A stretch of 64,000 nucleotides of DNA from Eledone cirrhosa (GCA_964016885.1 OZ024742.1:292516001-292580000), one strand, 5' to 3'; shown: positions 13,188 to 27,027, numbered from the stretch's first letter. Notes: generated from the sequence alone by a model not told the origin. Made by a program: numbers and translations.

Positions 13188-13226
13188 TGTATGTATGTTT
13201 ATATATATAGAGAGAGGGAGAGAAAG

Positions 13227-13265
<39 letters not shown>

Positions 13266-13414
13266 CATATATATATGTATATATAATAAAGAGGGAGTGA
13301 TAAGATACCAGGTGGACCATAACCATCTTGGTGGCCTAGTGGTAGGTATTACAGACGGTGGATCTCCTGGTCTCAGGTTCAATCTAGCCCTGAGATATAT
13401 ATATATATATATAT

Positions 13415-13748
13415 CATCATCATTATCATCATCATCACCATTTTACGTCCGTTCTTCCACGCTAGCATGGGTTAGACGGGTTGTCCTGTTGTGAGCAGTG
13501 TCCGATTGGCTGACCTTGTCTTGTTCACACGAGAACTGATTCTGGGTTGATTTCTACAGCTGGATGCCCTTCCTAACACCAACCTCATTTACAGTGAGTG
13601 CTGGGTGCTTTTTTTTTTCCGTGGCGCCTACAGGTCCACTTTACAGTGAGTGCTGGGTGTTTTTTTGCCGTGGCACCTCCATGACCACTTTGCAGTGGAA
13701 TGATAGGGACCCCAGTCCTATCATCTATATATATATATATATATATAA

Positions 13749-13783
<35 letters not shown>

Positions 13784-14135
13784 CATCTATATATAACATC
13801 ATCATCATCATTTTACGTCTGCTTTTCCCTGCTTGCAAGGGTGGGGCGGGAACTGATTCTGGCTTGATTTCTACAGCTGGATGCCTTTCCTAACACCAAC
13901 CTCATTTACAGTGAGTGCTGGGTGCTTTTTTTCCGTGGCGCCTACACGTCCACTTTATAGTGTGGGCTGGGTGCTTTTTTGCCATGGCACCTCCACGATC
14001 ACTTTGCAGAGGAATGATAGGGACCCCAGTCCTATCATCTCATTTCTACAGCTGAGTAAACTGGAGCAACGTGAAATAAAGTGTCTTGCTCAAGGAAACA
14101 ACACATCACCCGGTCCTCAAGGAAATAACACATCA

Positions 14136-14175
<40 letters not shown>

Positions 14176-14542
14176 TCGGACTGGGTGATGTGTTGTTTCC
14201 TTGAGCAAGACACTTTATTTCACATTGTTCCAGTTTACTCATCTTTAGAAATGAGATGATAGGACTAGGGGTCCCTATCATTCCACTGCAAAATGGTCAT
14301 GGAGGTGCCACAGCAAAAAAAGCACCCAGCCCACACTGTAAAGTGGACGTGTAGGCGCCACAGAAAAAAAGCACTCACGGTAAAAGAGGTTGGTGTTAGG
14401 AAGGGCACCCAGCTGTAGAAATCAAGCCAGAATCAGTTCCCGTATGAGCAAGACAAGACACTAGACACTGCCCACAATAGGACAACCCGTCTAACCCATG
14501 CTAGCCTGGAAGAACGGGTGTAAAACAGTGATGATGATGATG
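13415..14542. mobile_element. Cluster of three CORE-like, RTE-tailed SINE copies (two minus, one plus); the last two form a palindrome around (AT)n
   Basis: 13850-14116 is the reverse complement of 14178-14440; ccttgagcaagacactttatttcac core; (GAT)n tail at 14530. Confidence 0.85.
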
Positions 14543-15948
14543 ATATATATATACTTATGTATTTATTTCAATAATCAGTGTTGGTCATCTAAAAAATCAA
14601 CCAACTATTATGTAATCAAATGAAAGTGCTCCATGTGATGGGTTCCATGAGGTATTATGCACATAGTATCAGATGAAGTATCAATATTAAGAAAAGGAAG
14701 AGAAATGATATCACATATTCAACATCAGTTTATTTTATAACATTATACCCATTATGTACATTTCAAAGACATGAAAAAGTCATTATGCAACAGTTATCCA
14801 ATGCATGGTCGTTGGACAGGCATTTAAATGCTGACATTCCAATTTCAGGTAAGCATATGTTACCTGAAACTGAAATGTCAACATCTCTTCAATGATAGAC
14901 ATATCAAAATATGCTTTATATTTGGTCACTTTTAATGGAAAATATGTTTTTGTTTCTAAGGATTATATCCCTAATGCATCTGCCTGTCTATCAAACGGGA
15001 ATGTAATTCTATTGAATCAAAATTTCATATTCAGTTGTATATATATTTACAAACAGAAAGAGAGCAAAAAGACAAAAAGAAATTGGGTGGAGTGGAGTGG
15101 AAGGTAGAAGGTGTGTGGCAAAATTATTACATGGGTAAATCTGTAAGAACAAAACAGACCAATATAGCTATGACATCATTACCAGAAATAAGGATGATGA
15201 CATGAAGAGGCATATTAAGTCCAACTCAGCTTTGCCCTCTGTTCCCGCTCCCTCTGTTCTCTTTCAGATATTGGACATGAAACTTCAGCTGTAGCTGTCA
15301 CCATGACAGTTGGTGTTGTCACAGCCAAATCATGGCACTCAGGTTAGTAAATCTGCCAGATGATATCTTTTCTCAAGCTACTTCCCTGCACTCCCATATT
15401 CATTCTATAATACATTCACTCACAAATTTCAACACATTACATCAAAATATTCTCATCTATGAACACTATATTTAAAAAACATGTTGATTGAAACACACAT
15501 TCTGTTATTTGACTATTCTTTGACTCTTCTTGTTGTGTTATTGTTTGCCACATGGTTTTGTTGTATTACTTGGCAAAAATACACACATCTAAATTAGCAG
15601 CTTTTTCATTGTTGGTCTGTCTCAATTATTTGGGGTACTTATCACTTTGCTCACTGTAATCACACATTAACACACACATAATGACACTTCAACCATCAAT
15701 CAACTCATTCAACAATAAACAACTCTGCTAAAAATGGCAACATTTCTTCCAAATAAGGAAAAGGCTATGGTGAAAACATTGCCACAGAGAACAGCTAGCA
15801 TTACCTGTTGCATCCACCATTCCACTTCACAGGACAAACTCTACATCCTTAGCTGTTCCCCACAGACAAGATGATGAAAGCATTGCTGTGAAGAACAGCC
15901 AATGATACTTGCTGTATCAGCTACTCCATCTCACAAGGCTTCTAATTA

Positions 15949-16396
15949 CCATATATACTCAAATATAAGCCAAGCTGAATATAAGCTGACCCCACCTTAT
16001 TTTATGTCTGAGAAATGGGCAAAAATCCAAACCCCATTTATAAGCCAAGGCAGCTAATCAACACATGGTTTAGATGACATATATAAGCTGAAGGCGTGTG
16101 GCTGAGTGGTTAGAGAATTGGATTCGCAATTGTAAGGTTGTGAGTTCGATTCCTGGACCAGGCGATGCGTTATGTCCTTGAGCAAGACACTTTATTTCAC
16201 GTTATTCCTTCTACCTGGAGTTGCGACCGATAGATAGTATTAGCAATTGGAAAGACCAACGGAAACATTGTTCCCTTGGTCCGATTTGACGAAAGTCAAT
16301 CGTTCCTTTTTTTTTTTTTATATAAGCTGACCCCTCCATTTTACCATCGATTTTTTGGTCACATATTCCTCAGGACTTATATTTGAGTATATGCAG
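15949..16396. mobile_element. Tc1/mariner(pogo)-type MITE interrupted by a SINE
   Basis: Imperfect TIRs ccatatatactcaaatataag / cttatatttgagtatatgcag with flanking TA; related fragment at ~34255-34400. Confidence 0.7.
16092..16319 (+). mobile_element. tRNA-derived CORE-like SINE with poly(T) 3' end and 11-bp TSD
   Basis: A box tggctgagtgg, B box gttcgattcc, gtccttgagcaagacac core; TSD atataagctga at 16081-16091 and 16320-16330. Confidence 0.85.
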
Positions 16397-17211
16397 TAAC
16401 TGAACATTTAAAGTTAAGGGGGTCATTACAGAACATGACAAAATAAAAGAAAGTAAGTTAGTGTTTGGCAATTTACAATATTGCAAGTTATAGATTTATA
16501 GATTTTTACCATCAGATCTAATTTCACAATATTTTTGAAGCCATCACTTCAATAATTTTGGAAACAACTTTATTCCCACTGTTTCTATATTTCTATGTTA
16601 TTCCCACTGTTTCTATATTTCTATGTCTGAAAAATGATAAAGCTTTTTTATATTTCATTTATATTCATTTTCCCCTCTGACTCATGAAATATTTATCAAT
16701 GATAAATATTTCATGATTCTAAAGTGAGTGACAATACTTGATACATTATATATATGTATATTGTAGGAATCCTTCTCTGATGAACTGTTTCAAATAAGCA
16801 GATTACCATTCAATGCACGGAAATTAAACAGCTTTATATTTCTGTTCCAGTCTAATGTAGGGATTGTTACACAACAAATATAATGAAACAAAGTGTAAGA
16901 AGATGAATAAATGCAATTTATATTTATTAAAAAAAACTATACCATTTCTGTAATAACTCCATCATCTTCAAATTAATATACACTCAAAATAGTATAAACA
17001 TACAAACAATGAGCTTTCAGAGTTCCCATCTATTCACTCACAGGGTATTGGTTGGCCCAAAGTGCCACACACCATGAGTGGACCTGAAGTTACATACTTT
17101 AGAAGCAAACTTTTAAACCACACAGCTATGACAGTGTATCATCATCATCATCATCCTCGTTTAACGTCCACTTTCCATGCTAGCATGGGCTATATGTATA
17201 TACACACATGT

Positions 17212-17460
17212 GGAGGCACGTGACCTAGTGGTAAGGGTGTTGGACTTACGATCATAATGTTGTGTGTTCTGTTCTTGAGCAAAACACTTCATTTCCCGTT
17301 GCTCCAGTATACTCAGCTGAAAATGAGTACCAGCAATAGCTGAGGGTTTAACCCTGCAATGTCCAAGGGGGAGTTTTGTACTCTCAGTCGCTTCACGCCA
17401 CAAAACCGGGATAAGCACCGGCCAAATGAGCCTTCTGGCTTAAGACAGACTTTAGACTTT
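17212..17460 (+). mobile_element. tRNA-derived CORE-like SINE
   Basis: A-box-like tgacctagtggtaag, ttcttgagcaaaacac core, gacttt repeat tail. Confidence 0.7.
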
Positions 17461-18260
17461 TATATATATACACACACACACACACACACATTATCTCATA
17501 AATCATAATCATTTTACATCAGCGTTCCAAGTTAACATGGGTTGGACTAGTTATCATTGTCCAAGACTAGACATATCAGAGAGATACCATCATACTGACA
17601 CATTCCATATTTGACATAGTTTCTATGGCTGAACACCCTTCCTATGTAAAGAACATTTCTTGACTGGTATGTCCATTAAGTTGTCAAAAATACAAGTAGC
17701 TATAGATTTGTGTATATGTTAATATAATATATTGTGGGAATGTTTATACAATATCAAATTGTGTTAATCAATGACCATCTCTATTTCTTCCAATGGTATT
17801 AAACCTAGGTATTCATCTTTATCATTTTTGTTGATCTTCAGTGATCTTCATGCTTTTCAAGTAGTTTTAGCAATATTGTTACTGCATACAATAGCAGCTC
17901 ATCTACAGACCTAGACTTGCTTACCTCTCATCAATAATAGATTCTTTGATCATTTTCAATTGATTGCTTTCAATGATTTTACCATCATTCTTATTGGCAG
18001 AGAGAGAAATTCAAACCTCTATAGGCCAATAATGTGCTCTATTCAGTCCATTTATTGATCATCTCTTCTAACCATCATAGTATATTGACCTTTCAAAGAA
18101 CAAACATAGTCTTTTATAAATATCAAATAATGAAGAATATAATCAGATTTATTTGAAATATATATAATTTTTTTTTTTTCTGGATAACTTTCATCTAACC
18201 AAAGGTATGAAAAATTATATTAAATAATTTCAAGTTCTATTGTTATGTATGATCTTCATT

Positions 18261-18445
18261 ATTTGGCAGTATCGGTAGAGGGTCGGATGCCATGCTTTGA
18301 CGCATAGAGTTACTCCCCTTGCCATTCTGAGTTCAAATCCCGCCGAGGTTAACTTTGCCTTTCATCCTTACAGGGTCGATAAAATAAAGTACCAGTAATG
18401 CACTGGATAATTGCTGGCCTTGTGCCAAAAGTAGAAACAATTATT
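18261..18445 (+). mobile_element. Meta-core tRNA SINE copy
   Basis: Near-identical to 2701-2884. Confidence 0.9.
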
Positions 18446-19339
18446 TTATCGAAAGAAATTTCTCACTTTTCAAGACTCATAGAGAATAAGTCAAAACAAA
18501 ATATGTTTTGGTAATAAATATTAATTCAAAATACAATTCATATAATGAATATATATGATTTACAAAGTAAACAAATCAATGAAACTGTCAGAAAAGGAAA
18601 AGAAAAAAAGAGAGAACTAAAATATTCCTTCAATTACACACTACAACAGAGAATGCTGGTGTTTCTCTTTAAATATTATTCAGACAAACTAAGACACTCA
18701 CAACATTACCTCAGGTAAGAATAGGGCCAAAGTTGTTGACCTCCTTGCAGTGGGTCTTGGAAACTGATCACTGATCTCTGATCTCTATCAGGCAAATGAC
18801 AATAACCTGAGACAGTAAAAATCTCATACACAAGAAGAAAAGACCTCAGGTAATAGAGAGTGCCTCAATTACACACTGTAACAGGGTATGTTGGTGTTGT
18901 CCTCTAAAAATTGTTGAGAAAAGCTAATACATTCACAGTATTGCCTAAGATTATAGAGGGTCCCTCACATGTAGAGGTTAAAGAAATTATTCATTAAGTC
19001 GTCAAGTAATTTATTTTCTATGGTAAATTAAATCTTCCAAAATTTCAATATTTCCAAAATTTCAGACATATTTCCATCAAAAACACTTTTTTTTACTCAA
19101 AACATACTCTTGTATTAATTACTGCCTGACTCTACCAACAGAAGTTTATAGAAACTTCAACTCCTGTAGTGTAATTCTTATTAAGTTACTTCATGTCTAC
19201 ACCTGTCATAGTGACTTATTAGTACTTTATTGAAATACCCTACTCTCTCCTTGTTTATTCCTAACCCTTGTTTTCTTCATGTCACCTTGTCAAATCTCAT
19301 CACATTTGTCATACACACATATCCTATCGAACACAACCA

Positions 19340-19955
19340 CAAGGATATGGTTCAAATGTGGAAGAGCTGAACACCCACTGTCATTGCCTCCATCTCTCTC
19401 ACCTTCCCCATCTCTCTGTATGGTCAGCAAATGGGGTCCCATGTGCTGGCCTCTCCACAGCCACGGCAGACAGAATGGAGAAGGCGTTTCCTCGGAGGAT
19501 GGTAAGGGAGATGCACTGGAAGAGCTATTCCAGCTCGCGAGGCTCACATCTGCTGCTGGCCAGCTCAGCGCCTATGGTGGTGAGTAGGGAGGTAGCCCTA
19601 GGGCCAACGACACCAGAAGTCTCCACTGCCAAGGGCATGACCGCAAACCTGTCAGAGAGTGACCGGTACTTGGAGAGTTTGGCCTCCTCAACCTGATGTG
19701 CAGCAGAACCTAAGTTAGTCGCAGACTGCACCAAGTTGCGGCTGGAGAAATTGTCACTGCAAGTGGCATCCCAGACGAGGGGTTGGCCACCATGGAACGG
19801 GAACATCGTCATGCCATCTGGCCTTTTGCTGTCCCCTCAGTCCAGCCCCACTGGCTTGAGCTGGGAGGGGAAGCCTGCAGCATCCAAGCCATGCTTTATG
19901 ACCTCGTTTGGGGCAGCATGGCGTGGAAGGTGGCCAGCACTGTTGGTAATAAAAT
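19340..19955 (-). mobile_element. CRE-like non-LTR retrotransposon 3' fragment (restriction-like endonuclease)
   Basis: Minus-strand translation KRPDGMT.FPF..G.PLVWDATC...K..KY..L...F.VMPLAVETSG, a REL (PD-D/ExK) pattern; contains stops. Confidence 0.75.
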
Positions 19956-20224
19956 GCTCCCAGTACATTCTGTAAAGTAGTAGTGCTGAGGCCCTGATAA
20001 AATGCACCCAGTACACTCAGTAAAGTAGCAGTTTTGGTGCCAGGATAAAATGTACCTATCAAACTTTGTAAACTGGATGGCGTTAGAAAGACCATCCAGC
20101 TACAGGAACCATGCAAACTAATGCATATGAGGAAGATGTAATCTTCCCAACCTCCTTCTCTCACAGAACTTGACAACCTATCCAACCCAAGTGAGAAGGA
20201 AAAATAGATATAAAACGATGATTA

Positions 20225-20380
20225 GGATGATGATGATGATGTCAGTGATGGTGATGGTGAAGGTGATGGTGGTGATGATGATGATGATGATGATGATGAC
20301 AATGATGATGATGATGGTGTTGATGGTGATGATGATGATGACAATGATGATGATACAATGACAAGGAGGAGGAGGAGGAT
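20225..20380. repeat. (GAT)n microsatellite
   Basis: Directly visible. Confidence 0.95.
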
Positions 20381-21099
20381 TGTCATCATGTATTTGTCAT
20401 ATTTTCAGTAATCCAAGTTACTGACAAATATCACATTTTTCAATTACAGATATAAGATTATATAACTTTATATTCTAAAACTCCAGATGTTATATTAGTA
20501 ATCATACTTATTAACTGTTACAAATAAAACTATTTTTTTCTCTTTAAAGATTTGTGTTATTTTTTTGTTAATATCTACGTCAGAAAAATAATGATCTAAA
20601 TTTACAGTCTAGAATATTCTAGAAAACTAACTTGATTTATTATTTTTACAAGAGGAAATATATTTCAGAAAAAAATAATATTTTAAGTGAAATTTTACAA
20701 TTCTAAGAAAATTTAAAAAAATGTTATTGATTGACATTGATAAAAAAAATATGACAAATATATTCCTGTCTTTTCATATTCCTGGAATCATTTCAGACAC
20801 TTTAATTTGTTGAATTATAAATCTCTTGAACATATTGAATATTGAAAGTATATTCTATTAAATCATTGCAATGTTAGCCAACGCAATATTATTTTGTCTA
20901 GTTATTGTTTCAACTCAAGCCTGTGTGAGTTTAGCTGGCCTCATACAAGGATGCATCATGTAGAAGGTCTCTCAGGTGTTTTAATGATTAAGAATCCAGT
21001 CTTATCATGAAAAGACTCCTCCCCAGACTGGATGTCAGTCCATTGCAGGAGTTAACACCCAACTGCTGCTGGTACTCATTTTTTTCAATTGAAAGAAAA

Positions 21100-21390
21100 A
21101 CTGAGTATAAGAGGAATCAGAAGTAGTGTGCAAGAAAGAAGACTGCATTGGTATGGACATGTGATGTGCATGGATAGCAATCATTGGGTGAGGAAGTGAC
21201 AAGAAATCCTAGAAGAAGGATGCCACTGTAGAGGAAGGCCAAGGAAGAGCTGGACAGAAGTGATGACAGCTGATATCAAATTGTGGAAACTCACAGTGGA
21301 GATGACAAAGCATTGCAATGTATGAAGAGATGCTGTGCTGAAAAGGATCTGTCCAACCCATGTAAATGTGGAAAAACTGATGTAAAAATT
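21100..21390 (+). mobile_element. Degenerate RTE LINE 3' end
   Basis: Similar to 32910-33195 (tggtatggacatgtgatg; RRL.WYGHVM). Confidence 0.75.
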
Positions 21391-22850
21391 ATGGTGATGA
21401 GTAAACTGGAGCAACATAGATACAATAAACCACAGAATGCAAGAATGAAACCCAAGACTTTATTATCATGAGTCCAACACATTAGCCACTTGATCACTTT
21501 TGATGGTGTGAAACTTACCTCAATAGTTAACAAGATTTATTTGAATAAAAAAATCAATTGCAACAGCATTTGAATGAAAAAGACTTTGGTGGAGTTTATA
21601 ATTATCTGAAGAATTTCTGACATGAGTTATATGTTATTTTTACTGATTCTATTGGAGGAATAAATCTACAGTTTTGTTATCGATTGACTATCAAAGACTG
21701 TCTTATTTGTTACCATTTTGATTATTTAGCATTTACAGAAAGAGGCCAAATCAACAACAACCAACAGAATTTCAATACAAGATTTTAAAACTTCAAATTA
21801 CTTTCAAACAGCTCAATTTATGAGCAACACACTAAAAGACTACTAAATTACCATCCCCCCTCCTCCTCCTCCTCCTCCTCCTCCACACCCTTATTATCAT
21901 TATTATCATGACCACCACTACCACCACCACAATCATCATAACCATCATTCCATGTCTGTATTCACAGTTAGCATAGGTTGGATGGGTTGTTACAGACCAA
22001 GTCAGTACTTTGTTGGAGCTAAATACTATCCTCCTAAATAAGTTGTGGTCTATGGTTTACTCATTACATTCCATTTTTGGCATAGTTTCTATAACCTGAT
22101 GCCCTTCCTAATGTCAACTACTTTACAGTGTATTTGTATTAAACTAGAACACACTGGCACTTTTACCAATAAGTTTACAACTACGGTGTAAAGTCAAACC
22201 ATTTACCATTATCCTTATGGACACAGCATTGGCAAATTGTTAAGGAGTGTGTTTCACAGTCATGAAGTCCCAGATACAAACAAACTGCATGTTATTTTGA
22301 CTATGTATCTTTACCATAGTCTAGAGTTGACCCAAGCTTTGTGAGTGAATTTGGGAAGGCAGAAACTGTTTGAAGGTTATCAAATGGACTCTGCCTGCAA
22401 TTCAAGGGCCCAGCTTTATCATACAGAGTATTATGCTGAGTCTCTCTGAGAATTATGTTAAATTTATATGTGTCTATAGAATACTAAATAACTTGCTCTA
22501 TAATACAAGATGCCCTGTGCCTGTTATTCAAATGGCCAGATTTTCACAGTGTCCTACTGAATCTCCCTGAGAATTACATTTAGGGTACATGCATCTGTGG
22601 AATGCTCAATTACTTGCACATTAATTTTACAAGTAGGCTGTTCCATTAAATGACCAATTGGAACACTCAACATTGAAACTAATGGAGGACCGTCATCAAC
22701 CCAACATAGTTACTCTCAGGCCTCAAATTAATCGTCCCCACCCAGTTATTAATTTTTCATATTTTATTTTACCACATCAACATAGCATAGTAAATCACCA
22801 TATTTGCTGAAGTAGTCATGAAGGAATCATTATATATATATATATATATA

Positions 22851-23235
22851 TCATCATCATCATCATCATCATTTTACATCCGCTTTTCCCTGCTTGCAAG
22901 GGTGGGATGGGTCTTATTCAGCACAGCATCTCTCCACTTGTCACGGTCCTTCGTCATCTCCACCGTGAGCTTCAGTGATCTGAGGTCTGTTCTCACCACC
23001 TCTGCCCATGTTTTTCGTGGTCTACCTCTACGACGTCTTCCTTCAACTGGCATTTCCTGGCACTTCTTCACTCATCGGTCATCCTCCATGCGTATCACAT
23101 GTCCATATCACCTCAGTCTCCTCTCTTGCACACTACATTCTATCCCTCTCAGACACAGTTTCTCTCTCAACACATTTATGCTGGGTCGTTCACGCACATT
23201 GACATTGCACATCCAATGGAGCATGCTTGCCTCAA
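22851..23235 (-). mobile_element. RTE LINE 3' end, a young copy of the 31390-33210 family
   Basis: Near-identical reverse complement of 32835-33210 with a (CAT)n tail. Confidence 0.9.
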
Positions 23236-23259
23236 AACGATTATAAGCACAGCTACAAG

Positions 23260-23290
<31 letters not shown>

Positions 23291-24574
23291 CTCTAAGATA
23301 ATGTCACTGGACCAAGATCTTTGGCACTACACAGTAATACAGAACACCCGCCTTGCCTATGTACAAAGCGAATCCTACAGTCAGTAGGCACCTCTTAACC
23401 AAATATACACCCCAATCCACTACCCCTACTCCATCCTCCCACCCCCACCAACACCACCCTCTCTCTGTAAAGTTGGTACCACAACATCCAGTCCAAATTA
23501 ATGAGATAATGAGATCGAGATCGTATAGGTGTCACGATAAAAAAACACACAGTCCACGCAATAATGTGGCCGTGTAGGTAACACAGTAAAAAGCTCCCAG
23601 TCCACACTGTAAATGTGGTTGGTGTTAGAAAACCTGTCAGATAGTCCTATATGAGCGAGACATGGTCACCCGACCAGCCTTGCCTCAAAGTGGGACAACT
23701 CCTGTCTAACCCATGCTAGTGTGGAAGATAGACATTAAACGATGATCATGATGATGATATATTATTAAGACTAAAAAATTAGTCTTGTTACTCTGGAGTT
23801 TCATTTGATGACCTTGTGGTAAACAGGCAAAACTCCAGAGTAACAAGACTCACTATGTAACTGTAATATAAATAGTAAAACTCTACTTTGGTATTGAGTA
23901 TTCTTTTCTCTCAGCCGTCAACCACATACAGATATATATCATCATCATCATATAACGTCCATTTTCCACACTAGCATGGGTTAGATATATATAAAAGAAA
24001 AGTCAATAAAGAAAAATAACACAGGAGAACTACAGTTTGAAATGATAAGTATATCAGTTTGACACTTGATATAATTGGAAAAGAATCTTAAAATTTCAGA
24101 TACTAATCCTTCATTGGAAGATAGAAAGAGAGAGAAGAGAGAGAAGAAAGGATATTTGAAAGAAAGGAAAAGAAAAAAGATGATAGATAGTGGGGGAAAA
24201 AAGAAGGATAGGAAAGAAAGCGCTTGTAGTTGTTTTTAAGTCGGCCATTTTTAAAAATGAAAATTTCCTATTCATGATTGTTCTTGCATGTGCTGCATAT
24301 ACCAAAATAGCATGTTAATATAAGAGACTAAAAGAATAATAATAATTTGACTATACAGTAGATGAGACTTGAGAAGGTTGTCAAATAAATAAAGCAGGAT
24401 CAAAGTATATTATATGATATGAATCATGATACTATGGAAAAACATCAGTCATTCAATTGATAATGGTAGTGATGATGATGATGATGATGATGACTGTAAC
24501 AGTTTAATATGGAGTGAGGGGATGATGGTAATAGTGGTGATGATGATGATGATAATGATGATCTCCTTATCAAC

Positions 24575-25040
24575 TCACTACACCACACCCGTCCAGTGTT
24601 GCACACAGAGTGTGCAACACTGGCTTGTTAAGGTTTCAAGTTCATTAAGTGGGCATGAATCTTCAAGACTAGGACAAACCAGAAGATGCTCCATAGTTTG
24701 TAATTGCCTGTATTGGCAGTTGGAATCATCATCGGTGGCATAACCCCATTTCTGAAGGCTGGATCTACAGCGATCAACAGCTGTTTGGAGGTGGTTCAGG
24801 CAGGACCAGAAGGTCCAGGCATCATTGAAGTCAGTGGGGAGGGATTCTGTAGGGTTGAGAGAGAGCCTATATTCCATATTGTTATGGTGGCTGCACCACA
24901 GAGACAGACACTGACTAGAAGGTCTGCTGTTCAGCGGCTCAACTGAGTGTAGAAAGCTAAGTCTTGACTTGAGCCTCTTTGTCATTGGTTCACAGCTGTA
25001 AAGTGGATGATGAAGGTCAGTTTCATACTTCAACTTCTCA
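24575..25040 (-). mobile_element. Vingi/Ingi-like LINE C-terminal fragment
   Basis: W..LN.L.T...C...L.KWGY....C....QTMEHLLVCP zinc-knuckle region in ORF 24578-25033. Confidence 0.6.
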
Positions 25041-25139
25041 ATGATGATGATTGTGATGGTTTAATATAGGGTGAGGAATATGGTGATAATAGTAGTTGGG
25101 GGGATGAAGAGGTTAATGATGGTTAAATGGAAAGAAGGG

Positions 25140-26230
25140 AATGGTAGTAATGATAATATGGATGACGATGGTGCTGGTGGTAATAGTAGTAATGATTGCA
25201 ATGATGATGATAATGACTGTGATGATGGCAATAATTGTAGTGATGATGATGGTGATGATGACTGAGATGAAAATAATGAATGTGATGAAAATAATGAATG
25301 TGATGAAGGTAATATTGGGAGGGTTAATGGTGATGGAGATGATGATAGTGTTGGTGATGGTGATAGTGTTGGTGGTGGTGATGATGATAATGGTTGTGGC
25401 GATGATGATGTTGGTGGTGGGGATGATGAGGGTGGTGGTGATGATGATGATAGTGTTTGTGATGATGTTGTTGGTGGTGGTGATGATAGTGTTGGTGGTA
25501 ATGATGATAGTGTTGGTAGTGGTAATGATGATGATAGTGTTGGTAGTGATGATAATGATAGCGTTGGTGGTGGTGATGATAGTGTTGGTGGTGGTGATGA
25601 TGGTGGTGATGATGATAGTGTTGGTGGTGGTGATGGTGGTGATGATGATAGTGTTGGTGGTGGTGATGGTCGTGATAGTGTTGGTGGTGATGATGATAGT
25701 GTTGGTGGTAATGATGATAGTGTTGGTAGTGGTAATGATGATAGTGTTGGTGGTGATGATGATAGTGTTGGTGGTAATGATGATAGTGTTGGTAGTGGTA
25801 ATGATGATAGTGTTGGTGGTAATGATGATGATAGTATTGGTAGTGATGATAATGATAGCGTTGGTGGTGGTGATGATAGTGTTGGTGGTGGTGGTGATGG
25901 TGGTGATGATGATAGTGTTGGTGGTGATGATGGTGATGATAGTGTTGGTGGTAATGATGATAGTGTTGGTAGTGGTGATGATAGTGTTGGTGGTGGTGGT
26001 GATGGTGGTGATGATGATAGTGTTGGTGGTGGTGATGGTGGTGATGATGATAGTGTTGGTGGTGGTGATGATGATGATAGTGTTGGTGGTGATGATGATA
26101 GTGTTGGTGGTGGTGATGATGATGATGATAGTGTTGGCAGTGGTGGTGATGATGGTGATGATAATAATGTTGGTGGTGGTGATGGTGATGATGTTAGTGA
26201 TGATGATGATGATGTTGATGATGATTATCT
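25140..26230. repeat. Compound (GAT/GGT)n minisatellite with a recurring gatagtgttggt unit
   Basis: Directly visible. Confidence 0.95.
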
Positions 26231-26472
26231 GATATTTTCCATCTGTTCACCAATAGTGATCAATAAGTAATCACCATGAAATCTCCATCAATATTGCAAT
26301 GTAATCCAGTGTTCTATTTCAATATTTAATCATCATCATCATCATCATCATCATTTTACATCTGCTTTCCATGCTGTCACAAGCTGGATAGGTTGTCACA
26401 GTCAGTGAATAAAGAGAATCTATCTATTTATCCATCCAACCATATATGTATATATATATATATATATATATA

Positions 26473-26553
<81 letters not shown>

Positions 26554-26809
26554 AAGGTAAATAGAAATAACAAAGCAAATGACAGTACTTTGAAGAAATA
26601 TATTAGTTTAATGCTTGAAATATTGACTCCATTATTTCAATTAAATTAGAAGGCCACTTGCCTTTATTATTGTATCAACTATGAAATATATTGCAGAGAT
26701 AACCCTCCATGTTTATAAATATATTGAGATGCAATATGGCAGTGAGTTACTTCCTGTACAATCTTGATTTTAATAGCAAATAGAAGTATACTATAATGAA
26801 AGTATTTAA

Positions 26810-27027
26810 CCCTTTAGCATTTACATTATTCTATATTTACTATTGTATTTTCATGGTAAACACTTTACTTCACATAATTATCTCACATAATATTGAATCC
26901 ATAAGATTTTGATATTTATTTTGAAAACAATATCTTAACATAAGTATGATCAGACGGTTATAGCCGGTATGAACAGAAAGAGGTGAGAGAATTCTGGCTG
27001 GATATGGCTAGCTTAAATGCTAAAGGG
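26810..27027. mobile_element. piggyBac-type MITE
   Basis: TIR ccctttagcattta/taaatgctaaaggg with TTAA on both sides; homologous copies at 35281 and 62507 in the opposite orientation. Confidence 0.9.

Noticed and set aside
15269-15342. Possible ~75-nt host exon (tttcag...gttagt)
   Set aside because: Plausible splice sites, but no recognisable peptide or partner exons; needs RNA-seq.
16092-16165. tRNA gene
   Set aside because: A and B boxes belong to a SINE head continuing into a CORE-like domain within a TSD; no clean cloverleaf.
25141-26232. 363-aa Met/Val-rich ORF
   Set aside because: Translation of a (GAT/GGT)n minisatellite that lacks stops in one frame; no domain signal.
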